NCBI GenBank assembly: GCA_964639275.1
Contig: CAZXCQ010000001.1
Coordinates: 10,243 to 74,242, forward strand
Length of the DNA: 64,000 nt
DNA from: an uncultured Desulfobacteraceae bacterium
GTDB taxonomy: Bacteria > Desulfobacterota > DSM-4660 > Desulfatiglandales > Desulfatiglandaceae
Direction: 5' to 3'
A program made the translations under genes and the position numbers. This document shows positions 43,588 to 53,862 of the stretch, in pieces. Numbering within the stretch: the stretch's first letter is position 1; each line of letters starts with the position of its first letter. The notes under the pieces are model-generated. The model did not search any database and was not told the DNA's origin. It saw only the letters and a program-made list of their open reading frames with translations.

Positions 43588-44394
43588 TCATGCTGGCTTC
43601 AGCGCTCTCATCTGCAATGTGACCTCATCACCCAAAATATTAAACGGCGATGGTGTTGAATCGATACCAGCCCTGTAATCAAACACATCCGCAACGATTT
43701 GATTCACCATCTTGTAAAGAAATCGCAACGGAATATCCATTGGGCAGGCATCTTCACACAGACCACAGTCAATGCACCTACCCGCCATATGAACCGCTCG
43801 AACAAGATGAAAAATAGGCACTTCGACGGGGAGGTCCCCATTCCTTATGAGCGAATGGTGCTCAAGGCTGCACTCCTTGCAGAAGCATACAGGGCAAGAA
43901 TCCCTGCACCCATAACATTTGATGCACTTTTTGAATTCATATGCCCATCGCTTAAACCGCTCCTGCCGCCCCCATGTTTTGGCCTCTTGCATATCTATGT
44001 TCTTGTCTATCCCCACCTTCTTTTTATAGAGCCCTGTCTTTTCCGGACTCATAAATGAACAATCGGGCGGGCTGGTAAGCCTGGAAGGGCAGCAGTTTAC
44101 GGGAATCGCCGCTATATTATCTGGTGAGAGCTGCTTCCAAACAAAAAGGACATTCAGTGCTCGCTGGTTGCAGTCGCGAACGAGGAGCCCTACTCTTATT
44201 CCAGGTTCTTCTTCAGTCAGCGTAAGGGCTATCTTTTCAAGGGGGTAGCGGGCGGGCCCAGTAATAAGCCCATCCACTTCTTCTATCTTATCCTTTACAA
44301 AAAAATGGGGGAGAGGATGCCCATCCACCATCTTATAGCCTAGAAAGAGATCCACTTTCCCCTCCCTGAGCAACCGTTTCACTCGGTCCTTCAT
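43588..44394 (-). CDS. Iron-sulfur protein (2x[4Fe-4S]-type Cys clusters), FrhB/FdhB-like electron-transfer subunit
   Basis: CIKCYGCRDSCPVCFCKEC and CIDCGLCEDACP are present. The start lies 2 nt from the mvhD stop. Confidence 0.55.
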   Translation of the reverse strand: MKDRVKRLLREGKVDLFLGYKMVDGHPLPHFFVKDKIEEVDGLITGPARYPLEKIALTLTEEEPGIRVGLLVRDCNQRALNVLFVWKQLSPDNIAAIPVNCCPSRLTSPPDCSFMSPEKTGLYKKKVGIDKNIDMQEAKTWGRQERFKRWAYEFKKCIKCYGCRDSCPVCFCKECSLEHHSLIRNGDLPVEVPIFHLVRAVHMAGRCIDCGLCEDACPMDIPLRFLYKMVNQIVADVFDYRAGIDSTPSPFNILGDEVTLQMRALKPA

Positions 44395-44395
44395 T

Positions 44396-44878
44396 TCAAC
44401 CTCCTTGGGCGGCTGTCTTTTGGTTTGGAGGCATCTCTGGGATCATTGCCAGGGGTAGATCCTGCTTTCCAGAAAGCGGATTGGGACCCAGGTGCCTTAT
44501 TTTTTCGGTAAAATCGGTGACCACCTGGACAAATTTTTGGGCCTCTGCCGATGAGATCCACTCCAGATGCAAACGGTCCTCCAGTCCGATTAGTGCTAAC
44601 AATTCCTGAAGAAAAGTGATCCTCTTGATCGTCATGTAGTTACCATACAGGTAATGGCAGTCTCCGACATGTCACCCGCCCACTAGGATGCCGTCAGCCC
44701 CGCTCTGAAAGGCCCTCAGGATATAGTGAGGCGATACCGTGGCCGAGCACATGACACGGATGGAACGAATGTTGGGCGGATATTGCAACCGGCTCACACC
44801 GGCCAGATCCGCCGCACCATAGGCGCACCAGTTACACATGAAAGCAATGATCCTGGGTTCGAAAAGCGCATTCTCCAT
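44396..44878 (-). CDS. mvhD: MvhD (methyl-viologen-reducing hydrogenase delta subunit family), selenocysteine-containing; joins two track ORFs
   Basis: [16 protein letters not shown]...[20 protein letters not shown]. The TGA at 44672-44674 replaces the first Cys of the conserved GCxxGDCHY motif. The start could be ATG 44878 or 44884. Confidence 0.85.
44672..44674 (-). other. UGA selenocysteine codon of mvhD
   Basis: In-frame TGA. The downstream frame continues [17 protein letters not shown] into track ORF 44396-44635. Confidence 0.8.
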
Positions 44879-44899
44879 TTCCATCTCCTTATCTGATGA

Positions 44900-47800
44900 T
44901 TAGGGCAGTGCACTTCCAATCTGGGCATAGATCTCTTCTCTGTCAAATCCCATCAGGGATATGGCCTCCGAAGGACAGGTTGCTGAACAGGCCCCACAGC
45001 CCTTGCACATCGCCTCATTCACCACTCCTATGCTCCTTTCAGGATCAAATGTGATGGCACCGTACGGACATACATTGAGGCACCCGAAGCATCCGGAGCA
45101 GAGTTCGGGCACGATATGGGCGATAGTTCCTCCGACCTGAATACTCTCCCTGGACAGAATCGTGATAGCGTGGGATGCGGCCGCCTTGGCCTGTGCGATG
45201 CTCTCGTCAACAGGTTTGGGATAATGTCCCATACCACAGAGGAAGATGCCATCATTAGGAAAGTCCACCGGCCTCAGCTTTTGGTGTGCCTCCAGAAGCC
45301 AGCCGTCTTTGTCTACGGGTATTTTAAACAATTGAGCAAGGCTCCGGTCCTTGTGAGACACAATTGCCGTTGCCAAACAGAGAATGTCTGCCTCAACCGC
45401 AATTGCGCGATCAAGGATCGGATCTCTGAACTCGATCAGGATCTTTTCTCCGGCCGGCTCAACAACAGGCCTTTCATCAGGGGAATAGCGGAAGAAAAGG
45501 ACACCGATTTTCCTTGCCTCCCGGTAGAGGTCCTCCCTTTTTCCGTAAGCCCTTATATCCCTATACAGGATATAGACATTGGCCTTCCTGTTCCTGCGCT
45601 TGACCTCCACGGCACTTACCAGAGAATGGGTACAACAGACCTTTGAGCAATAGGGATTCTCGTCAGTCCTTGATCCAACACATTGAATAAACATGATATT
45701 TTCGATCTGATCCAATCGGCGATCCTGACTCATGAGTAGCTGATCCAGCTCCAGATGAGTCATGACAGCGTCATGTTCCCCATAGAGATATTCCTTTGGC
45801 CTGTACTCTTCAGCACCGGTTGCAAGGATGGTGACGCCGTGTTCTATCATCGTTTCTCTAGCGCTGCTGGCCAATTTGGTTTCAAAGTTACCCACGAAAC
45901 CGTCGACTTGCATAATTTCAGCACCCAGATAAACGGTTATCCGTTTTTCATTTTCCACTTTTTGTATAATTCTGTTTACATGAGGGACAAATTCCTCGCC
46001 TTTATATGATTTATACAGCCGCAGGGCATTTCCACCAAGAGAGCCCGACCGCTCCACAAGATGTACGGGATAGCCTTGCCGTGCTATCGAAAGGGCGGCC
46101 GTCATCCCCGCGATTCCACCCCCTACGACAAGGGCATCCCGGCTGACAGGAAGATCCGTCTCCTTCAACGGGCTGAGGAGGACTGTCTTGGCCACAGCCA
46201 TTCGGATCAGGTCTTTCGCCTTCTCTGTAGCGGCCTTTGGATCGATCGAGTGGACCCAGGAATCCTGATTCCTGATGTTGGCCATCTCAAAAAGATACTT
46301 GTTCAGGCCCGCATTCATCAAAGTCTCCTGAAAAAGGCCTTCATGAGTCCGTGGAGAACAGGCAGCCACGACCACGCGGTTTAGACCCTCCTCCTTTATT
46401 ATCTCCGTCATCCTTTCCTGAGTGTCCTGCGAACAGGTAAAAAGGTTTTCTGCCACATACACCACTCGGGGGAGGGTCTTTGCATATTCTACGACCTGCG
46501 GGACGTCAACCACTCCGCGAATGTTTATCCCGCAGTTACAGACAAAAACGCCTATCCGGGGAGGCTCCCTTGTCACCTCTCTTTCGGGTGGTCTCTCAAG
46601 AGTCCTTGTTCGGGTGTAACGGGCAGGGGCCAGGCATTCTGTGGCGGCACAGGCGGCAGCACTGGCCTCCGTGACCGAAACGGGGATGTCCTTGGGGCCG
46701 GTAAAGGTACCGCAGACATAGATGCCGGGTACGGAGGTAGTTACTGGATCAAAGGTATCCGTATACGCAAAATGATAGTGATCCATATCAACACCGAGGC
46801 GATTTGCGAGCTCAACAACGTTCTCGTCCGTTTCAAGACCCGTAGAAAGGACCACCATATTGAAGATCTCTTCATCTACTCTCCCATCTTCCCTCACATA
46901 CCGAATGAGAAGATCATCTGTGCCCGACACGGGGCACAAAGAGTGGACCCGTGACCGGATAAATCGGACACCATCCTTTTTGGCCTTTTCATAATACCGA
47001 TCAAAGTCCTTTCCATGGCTACGGATATCCATATAGAAGATAACACAGTCCAGAGCTCCACGGATGTGTTCCAAGGCAAGGGTACTTTGTTTAATGGCAT
47101 ACATGCAGCAGACTGAGGAGCAGTACCCATTATCACAGCGGTTCATCTCTCTCGATCCGACGCATTGAAGCCAGGCAATTTTCTGGGGGTCCTTCCGGTC
47201 CGAAGGTCTTATAAGGTGCCCCATAGACGGTCCGGTTGCAGATAGAATTCGCTCAAATTCAATAGCGGTTAGCACATTAGGCAGGTTGGTGTACGAGTAT
47301 GCCTCATAGGGGGTGGGGTCAAATGGTTTCAAACCCGGTGCCAGGATGATAGATCCCACGTCTATAATGATCTCTTTTTCGGCATCATCAAAATCTATGG
47401 CGCCTGCCGGGCAAAACTTCTCACACGCCCTGCACCTGCCCTTCTTAAAATAGATACAGTTCTGCTGATCAATAACATATTTGAGAGGCACTGTCTGCGA
47501 GTAAGGAATATAAATTGCCTTTCGCTTTTTCAGCTTTTCATTGTAACGATCGTCCACCTCCTTCGGGCATTTTTCTGCGCAGATTCCACAGGCGATGCAC
47601 TTATCAAGATCTACAAAACGCGGGCGCTGAGAGACGGTGACCCTAAAATGGCCCTCTTTTCCCAATAGTCGTTTTACCTCACTCAGAGTGAGCAGCTGAA
47701 TATTAATATGCCTGCCGACCTCGACAAGTCTTGGGGCAAGAATTCACATGGAACAATCATTGGTCGGAAAGGTCTTGTCCAGCTGGGCCATAACCCCGCC

Positions 47801-47938
47801 GATCCCTGGAGACCTCTCCACCAGGTAGACGTAATACCCTGCGTTCGCAATATCAAGAGCGGCTTGCATGCCCGAAATCCCGGCGCCAACGACCATGACA
47901 GCGCCTTGCAGTTCTTTATCCGTATGAATCTTGTTCAT
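44900..47938 (-). CDS. hdrA: Heterodisulfide reductase subunit A-like flavoprotein (long form, ~1012 aa), selenocysteine-containing; joins two track ORFs
   Basis: [15 protein letters not shown]...[24 protein letters not shown] at 47744-47746. Several 4Fe-4S Cys motifs are present, plus the [13 protein letters not shown] inserted domain and a second [14 protein letters not shown] fold. Confidence 0.9.
47744..47746 (-). other. UGA selenocysteine codon of hdrA
   Basis: In-frame TGA within the conserved DCSxC/U motif. Candidate hairpin CUUGUC-GAGGUC-GGCAGG at 47711-47728. Confidence 0.8.
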
Positions 47939-48115
47939 TAGAAGACCCCCGTTTCAATACAACCCGTCCAGAGACACGAGTCGCTAGGAAGATATCCCGA
48001 CTTCGCAGAATAGTTTTCGGTTGCTGAACATTCTCCAAAATCTAGTCGGGAACACTTTCTCTTTGCATCAACTTCTTTGGCCCCTCTCGTTTCAGTGTCA
48101 CACCAGAGGAAAGGC

Positions 48116-48799
48116 CTACCATGCCTCCCTCTCCAGGCGTTTGAAGATGAACATGAGCTGCTTTTGAGTCAGTTCCCCCACATTTTCGTTAATCCACTTC
48201 AGGTCACCCGAAAGGATAGCTGCCCTGGCCTCACTCGAGAGCTGGTATTCTCGGAGGACCTCGGGCCCGTTCTCCGCCAATTCAGTCCAGAATGCCTGGT
48301 CCTCATAAGTTCTGTCCAGGACCCGGATCACTTCGCGTTTCTGAATGAGTCTCCCTTCATTTGTCTCTGTAAGAAATCTCTCTGTGGCATCCTTCTCGCG
48401 TTTCTTTAGGGCATCATCCACAGCTGCCAGGAAATCATCATCGGTAAAAGGCTTACGAAGATATTCCGAGACCCCAATCTTCGCCGATTCCACGGCTGAT
48501 GAGACAGATGGATATCCCGTGATAATAACGATATTTGTCTCGGGTCGTTCTTGTTTGATCTTTCGGATCACATCCATACCATCAATGTCCGGCAGGCGGA
48601 GATCGGCGACAACGAGGTCAAAGCCATTGCCCCTAAATGTCTTGAGTGCCTCTATTCCCGTCATGGCCACATCTACACCATACCCCTCTTCCGAAAGGAC
48701 CATCTTAAGCCCATTGGCCACACTGAGCTCGTCTTCCACCAAGAGAACATGGTGTGGATGAACACTTGTCTCCCCCCTGACTGCTTGAAGTGCGCCCAT
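48116..48799 (-). CDS. Response regulator receiver protein with an unassigned ~100-aa C-terminal domain
   Basis: VLLVEDE...DLVVADLRLPDIDG...LRKPF matches the receiver pattern. The C-terminal region (...REYQLSSEARAAILSGDLKWINENVGELT...) is not a recognisable DNA-binding or AAA+ domain. Confidence 0.8.
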   Translation of the reverse strand: MGALQAVRGETSVHPHHVLLVEDELSVANGLKMVLSEEGYGVDVAMTGIEALKTFRGNGFDLVVADLRLPDIDGMDVIRKIKQERPETNIVIITGYPSVSSAVESAKIGVSEYLRKPFTDDDFLAAVDDALKKREKDATERFLTETNEGRLIQKREVIRVLDRTYEDQAFWTELAENGPEVLREYQLSSEARAAILSGDLKWINENVGELTQKQLMFIFKRLEREAW

Positions 48800-48878
48800 A
48801 CCTATACCTCCTTTCTAGCAAAAACCTTCCCTGAATTGGCCCGACTTTATTGGTAAAAGAACAATATTCCTTTCTTAC

Positions 48879-48893
48879 GCAATTTATGTTCCA
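48879..48893 (-). promoter_or_regulatory. Sigma54 promoter candidate
   Basis: The minus strand reads TGGAAC-ataaa-TTGC (GG-N10-GC spacing is correct). It lies ~80 nt upstream of ATG 48799. Confidence 0.5.
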
Positions 48894-49283
48894 ATACCCA
48901 CGCTTTTCGGCAGCAGGCGGTTATCATATTTTTCCCTTTATTATCGATAAGTTAACACAGCCGGTGAAAAAACGAGTGAGGCATCGGATATAGAAATGTA
49001 TAAGATCCAATACGCCTATTTTGGGTTCGAGATTGAAATGATTTGACAAATCAATATGTTATTTACGTATGATCATTTATACGGTAAGGAGGACATTTGG
49101 AGAGAATTGGAGGGTCATTCCACCATTTCATGAGTCCATGATCGAGGCAAGCATACATGCCGCATAGAATATCCATCCAATCACTTGTCCCATTTCCGAG
49201 ATCCTGGATTAGAACGCAATTTTTTCTTGGAAATTAGAGAAAAGAGGAATAAGATAGAAAAACAGGTTACATAAGGGCGTTTT

Positions 49284-50504
49284 ATGGAGAACACACAGAA
49301 AATCGAATGTATGAATTGCATCTTCCGGGATATCAGTCCCTCGGTATACGCCTGTACACGGGTCAAGGATGTGGGAGAAAAGTTGATAAACAGAGTGACG
49401 GATCTCCTAGGTGCCAAAGGTGCCATTGTCCGAACTTTGAACCCTGAAACGAATCATCTCGATTTGGTCCTTTGCTATGGTCTGAGCGAACAATATATAT
49501 CTAAGGGACCTGTTTTTTTGGAAAAAGCCATCCACGATCTGCACCAGCAGAGTGAAATTAGCATCATAACGAACATCCTTGGAGATCCGCGCATTCAATA
49601 TCCAGATATGGCATGGAAGGAAGGGGTCCGGATGGCAGTCGATGCCCCCCTCTTCTTTCGTGGCACGACCGTAGGACTGATGCGCATTTACTTTGATAAA
49701 CAAAGGGAACTTTCTACTGAGGAACTCAAATTCCTGCAACTGAAATCTCGTGAGGCCGCCTGTGCCATTGAAAAGGCCGGAATCCTGGAAAAGCAGAGGC
49801 GGCATTACGAAAGCCTGTCTCGCCAGACCGAAAAATTGTCAGCCCTCGGTCGATTATCCGCGGGTATCGCCCATGAGATCAACAACCCCCTGGCTGGGAT
49901 TTTGCTTTACAGTTCGAACCTGATCAAAAAGGTGCCAGAGGGAAGTCCCCTAAGGGAAGGACTGCAAGTCATCATTAATGAAACCAAGAGATGTAAGACA
50001 ATTATTCAGGATCTTTTAGAATTCTCCAGAACAAGCGAACCCCAAAAAGAGTTGGCGAATATCAACGAAGTCATCGAAAACGCCTTATCTATCCTTGGAA
50101 ATGAGTTCCGTCTCCAACATATCCGGCTTGAAAAACAGTTATCCGGTGATATGGTGGAACTCTTCATTGATAAAAAACAGATCCAACAGGTCTTTATCAA
50201 TATTCTCCTTAACGCTATTCAGGCCACGGAGAATGAAGGCACCGTTACCATCAGAAGCTCGATTATCTCACACCGGAAGCAGGTTAGTGTAGAGGTCTCA
50301 GACTCTGGATGTGGCATTCAGGAAGATGATCTTCCTAGAGTATTCGATCCATTTTTCTCCACCAAGACAGATGGTACAGGCCTGGGATTGGCCGTAAGCT
50401 ACAGCATCATCCAGAATCACAGTGCGAATATTCAAGTTTCTAGTGAACCTGGCAAGGGGACATGCGTTACCATAGACTTCCCTGTTCATAGTGGTCCCCG
50501 GTAA
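49284..50504 (+). CDS. GAF-domain sensor histidine kinase (cytoplasmic)
   Basis: H-box AHEINNPLAGI, N-box ILLNAIQA, G-boxes DSGCGI and GTGLGLAVS. Confidence 0.85.
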   Translation: MENTQKIECMNCIFRDISPSVYACTRVKDVGEKLINRVTDLLGAKGAIVRTLNPETNHLDLVLCYGLSEQYISKGPVFLEKAIHDLHQQSEISIITNILGDPRIQYPDMAWKEGVRMAVDAPLFFRGTTVGLMRIYFDKQRELSTEELKFLQLKSREAACAIEKAGILEKQRRHYESLSRQTEKLSALGRLSAGIAHEINNPLAGILLYSSNLIKKVPEGSPLREGLQVIINETKRCKTIIQDLLEFSRTSEPQKELANINEVIENALSILGNEFRLQHIRLEKQLSGDMVELFIDKKQIQQVFINILLNAIQATENEGTVTIRSSIISHRKQVSVEVSDSGCGIQEDDLPRVFDPFFSTKTDGTGLGLAVSYSIIQNHSANIQVSSEPGKGTCVTIDFPVHSGPR

Positions 50505-50516
50505 GGCCAAACAAAG

Positions 50517-51932
50517 ATGGAACAGACGAAAAACGCCCATATCCTCGTCATTGACGATGAACAGGTCATATGCGACGGATGTCGTTTGGTCTTATCCGAC
50601 AAAGACCATGCTGTGGACATCTGCATGAGTGGAAAGGCGGGACTCAAAGCGCTCCAGGAAAACGCATATGATCTTGTCCTATTGGACATGAAATTACCCG
50701 ACATGGATGGGATGGCTATCCTTGACACATTTCGGAACAGAAAAACTGATATGTACTTCATCGTCATGACCGGTTATTCGACTGTTCAAAATGCGGTGGA
50801 AGCCATGAAGTTGGGCGCCTTTGATTATCTCTCCAAGCCTTTCACGGATGACGAGCTTGTACTTGCCGTAGAGAAGGCCCTTGATAAGAAGCGCCTGGTC
50901 GAGGAAAATCTATTTCTCAGAAAAGAGCTTGTTGAACGCTTTGGCTTTGACAATATTATCGGAACGAACCCTAAAATCCTGGAGATATTTGCCCAAATTG
51001 AGAAGTTGGCCCCATCTGATGCAACAGTAATCATCTATGGAGAAAGTGGAACAGGCAAGGAACTCTTTGCCAAGGCCATCCATGGCCATGGCCGCCGTTC
51101 GACCCGTCAGTTCGTGGCTGTGGACTGCAGTACCCTCTCTCCTACACTCTTGGAGAGTGAGTTGTTTGGACACGTGAGGGGGGCATTCACGGGCGCCTAT
51201 AAAGACAAGTCCGGCATCTTTGAGGTGGCCAAGGGCGGGACCCTTTTTATGGATGATGTGACAAACCTGAGCATGGAGGTCCAGGGAAAGCTTCTGAGAG
51301 TGCTTGAGACGGGCGAGTACAAACCTGTAGGTGCAAGCCAGTTCAAAAAGACGGATGTGAGGATTATTACTGCAACCAATAAAGACCTGAAGACCATGGT
51401 GAAAGAAGGAGACTTCAGGGAGGACCTCTTCTACCGGTTGAATGTCTTTCCGATCTATCTGCCTCCTCTTAGGGAGAGAAAGGACGACATACCCAAGCTT
51501 CTCTACTACTTTCTGAGACGTTTTTGCCGCAAGACAGGAAAAAAGCTCCAGGGTTTTTCCGACGATGCGCTTGAGACCTTGGTGAATTACCACTGGCCAG
51601 GCAATGTGCGACAGCTCAAGAATGTGGTTGAACGGCTGGTCATCATGGCCGATAGCCGTACCATGGACTCACTCGATCTTATGGATTGCCTACCCATGAA
51701 ACAAGCTTGGAATGGGTTCCCCGTACCGGAAACCCTCGAAGAGCTCCATGCAATCAAGAAACATATCCTTGAGGAATATTTCGGGCAAGTCCAGAAGGCC
51801 TTTCTGCTTAAGGCTCTCAAGGCATGCAACGGTAATATTACCCGCGCAGCCGAAAGGGTCGGTATGAAGAGGCCCAACTTCCACACCTTAATGAAAAGAC
51901 ATAATGTTACCTATCAAAAGGCCAAGGCCTAA
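50517..51932 (+). CDS. NtrC-family sigma54-dependent response regulator (REC-AAA+-HTH)
   Basis: ILVIDDE...DLVLLDMKLPDMDG, GESGTGKE, GAFTGA, and C-terminal ITRAAERVGMKRPNFHTLMKR. Confidence 0.9.
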   Translation: MEQTKNAHILVIDDEQVICDGCRLVLSDKDHAVDICMSGKAGLKALQENAYDLVLLDMKLPDMDGMAILDTFRNRKTDMYFIVMTGYSTVQNAVEAMKLGAFDYLSKPFTDDELVLAVEKALDKKRLVEENLFLRKELVERFGFDNIIGTNPKILEIFAQIEKLAPSDATVIIYGESGTGKELFAKAIHGHGRRSTRQFVAVDCSTLSPTLLESELFGHVRGAFTGAYKDKSGIFEVAKGGTLFMDDVTNLSMEVQGKLLRVLETGEYKPVGASQFKKTDVRIITATNKDLKTMVKEGDFREDLFYRLNVFPIYLPPLRERKDDIPKLLYYFLRRFCRKTGKKLQGFSDDALETLVNYHWPGNVRQLKNVVERLVIMADSRTMDSLDLMDCLPMKQAWNGFPVPETLEELHAIKKHILEEYFGQVQKAFLLKALKACNGNITRAAERVGMKRPNFHTLMKRHNVTYQKAKA

Positions 51933-52288
51933 ATGATAACAGGTCTTGTTTTGTGGGTGGTAATACTAGGAAATTTGGTGGTGTATCTCAATGACATAGA
52001 TACCCTACCCTATGGTGTTGTGGCGTTAGTTCCATATTCTCTGTGTCCATCCGGACTCTGGCATAGAAATAAGCGGATGTAAGATACTATGCCTCTTCCA
52101 CTATTGTAAGCGTCTTTGAATCCTTCAGCCCCTCACTAAGATAGTAAGAAAGTGCTTTTCGGGAGATATGGCTTGACTCTCCGGATTCATGTGGTGTTTT
52201 TTTGTCCTGTTGCTTCTGTGGCCTTGCTGGTGTATGCTAAAAGGCAGACAAGGGATTGCAATTATGAGCTATTGTGAGGAGAATTCGC

Positions 52289-53833
52289 ATGGCCGAAGAG
52301 GGCAAGGCAATTGATCGCGATGCCCAGAAATCTTCCCTCAAGCTTGTTATTGTAGGGGGGGGTAAAGACTGTAAACGATTCCTGGAGCTTTTTGAGCTTC
52401 TGAAGAGTGAATCACTCCCTTATATGGATATCAAACTGGTAGGCGTCTGCGACATTGATCCCGAAGCCGAAGGACTTCGTCTGGCTCGGCAGATGGGGAT
52501 TTACACCACAAACGATTTTCGGGATCTTTTCAAGATCAAAGACCTCGATGGCGTAATTGAACTCACAACAGGCAAAGATGTCCTCCTCGAGCTTATAAGG
52601 CACAGGCCAACAGGTGTGGGGGTTCTGGAGCACAATGTCAGCCGATTACTAATGAATCTGTTAATAACCAATCAGAATTTACAGGCTGCGAAACGACAGG
52701 TTGCCATTGAGAAAGGGGCTACAGATTTTCTCATCCAGCAGGCCAACGAAAGGATTGTGGTCTTGAAACCGGATTTCACGATTGTAGACGCCAATGAGGC
52801 CTATCTGGAGGCGGTAACCAGGTTTAAACACGAGGTGATAGGTGCCAATTGTTATGAAGTCACCCACGGTCTCAGTGCCCCCTGCTCCAGGTCTCAACCA
52901 GGGCTCGAATGTCCTCTGGCAATCACCTTAAAAACCGGGGAATCGGCTCAGGTGATTCATGAACATACGATCTCCAGTGATCTCGTAATCTACTGTGATA
53001 TGGCCACATATCCCGTGAAGGACCAGAAGGGTGAAATCGTTCGGGTCATCGAGGTGTGGCGGGATATCACTGAAGAGCTTTCGTACCGATGGGAAAGACG
53101 AGCAAGGGCGCTCAAGGCTGACCTTAAGAAACTCGTCCAGGAAGACCGATTGATCTCGCTGGGGAAGCTCGTGGCCAGTAGCGTCCATGAGATCAACAAT
53201 CCTATCCAGGGACTGCTGACATTTAGCCACCTCATGAAGGAAATCCTGGATGGGGGTGAGCCGGACTCGCAAGATTTGAAGAAGTTCCGCGACTACCTTT
53301 CTCTCATGTCCAGGGAACTGGAGAGATGCGGTGGAATTGTCTCCGGCCTCCTGTCCTTTTCTCGGGCCTCCTCAACGGAGTTCAAGGACGTTGACCTCAA
53401 TGAAATCCTGACGCAGGTCATCGCCCTGACCCGGCACAGGATAGAACTCCAGAATATCCATTTGAACACAGAATTCTCCTTACGACCGCTAATCATCTAC
53501 GGGGATCCAAATCAGTTGCAACAATGCTTTCTCAACCTGATCTTCAACGCTATTGAAGCCATGCCCGGCGGGGGCCAGCTGAGTATAAATTCCAATCTGG
53601 ACAGCTCCCGCGGGCATGCCCAAATAACCATAGCGGATACGGGATGCGGGATAGAGGAAGAAGACTTGGACCACGTGTTTGATCCCTTTTTCACCACCAA
53701 GGAGGAAGGTGAAGGGACGGGACTCGGGCTATCCATAGTGCACGGGGTGGTCAAGGGGCACAAGGGAGATATCAGGGTGAAGAGCAAGGTGGGCGAAGGG
53801 AGTTCCTTTGTTTTGGATTTTCCTGTAGGCTAG
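52289..53833 (+). CDS. Sensor histidine kinase with an N-terminal Rossmann-like domain and a Cys-motif PAS domain
   Basis: KLVIVGGGKDCKRFL...VGVCDIDPEAEG resembles a dinucleotide-binding fold. PAS domain carries NCYEVTHGLSAPC...ECP. HEINNPIQG and GTGLGLSIV are present. An alternative GTG start is at 52274. Confidence 0.85.
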   Translation: MAEEGKAIDRDAQKSSLKLVIVGGGKDCKRFLELFELLKSESLPYMDIKLVGVCDIDPEAEGLRLARQMGIYTTNDFRDLFKIKDLDGVIELTTGKDVLLELIRHRPTGVGVLEHNVSRLLMNLLITNQNLQAAKRQVAIEKGATDFLIQQANERIVVLKPDFTIVDANEAYLEAVTRFKHEVIGANCYEVTHGLSAPCSRSQPGLECPLAITLKTGESAQVIHEHTISSDLVIYCDMATYPVKDQKGEIVRVIEVWRDITEELSYRWERRARALKADLKKLVQEDRLISLGKLVASSVHEINNPIQGLLTFSHLMKEILDGGEPDSQDLKKFRDYLSLMSRELERCGGIVSGLLSFSRASSTEFKDVDLNEILTQVIALTRHRIELQNIHLNTEFSLRPLIIYGDPNQLQQCFLNLIFNAIEAMPGGGQLSINSNLDSSRGHAQITIADTGCGIEEEDLDHVFDPFFTTKEEGEGTGLGLSIVHGVVKGHKGDIRVKSKVGEGSSFVLDFPVG

Positions 53834-53862
53834 TGGTTGGCAACGTATGGGGGAGGAGTGCA

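Noticed and set aside
47683-47889. 68-aa minus-strand ORF overlapping the hdrA Sec region.
   Set aside because: It is out of frame with the conserved HdrA sequence on both sides and shows no recognisable motif. It is an artefact of the ORF caller bridging the UGA.
41225-47938. The apparent fragmentation of fdhA, mvhD and hdrA into two ORFs each could be read as pseudogenisation.
   Set aside because: Each break is a single in-frame TGA at a position where selenocysteine is established for that family (CARxUH in FdhA, GUxxGDCHY in MvhD, DCSxU in HdrA). The downstream frames continue with conserved sequence. Three independent nonsense mutations at exactly these sites is implausible.
49061-49091. 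TTGACA...TATGAT upstream of the GAF kinase as a sigma70 promoter.
   Set aside because: The spacer is 19 nt, outside the usual 16-18 nt range, and the region is generally AT-rich, so chance matches are likely.
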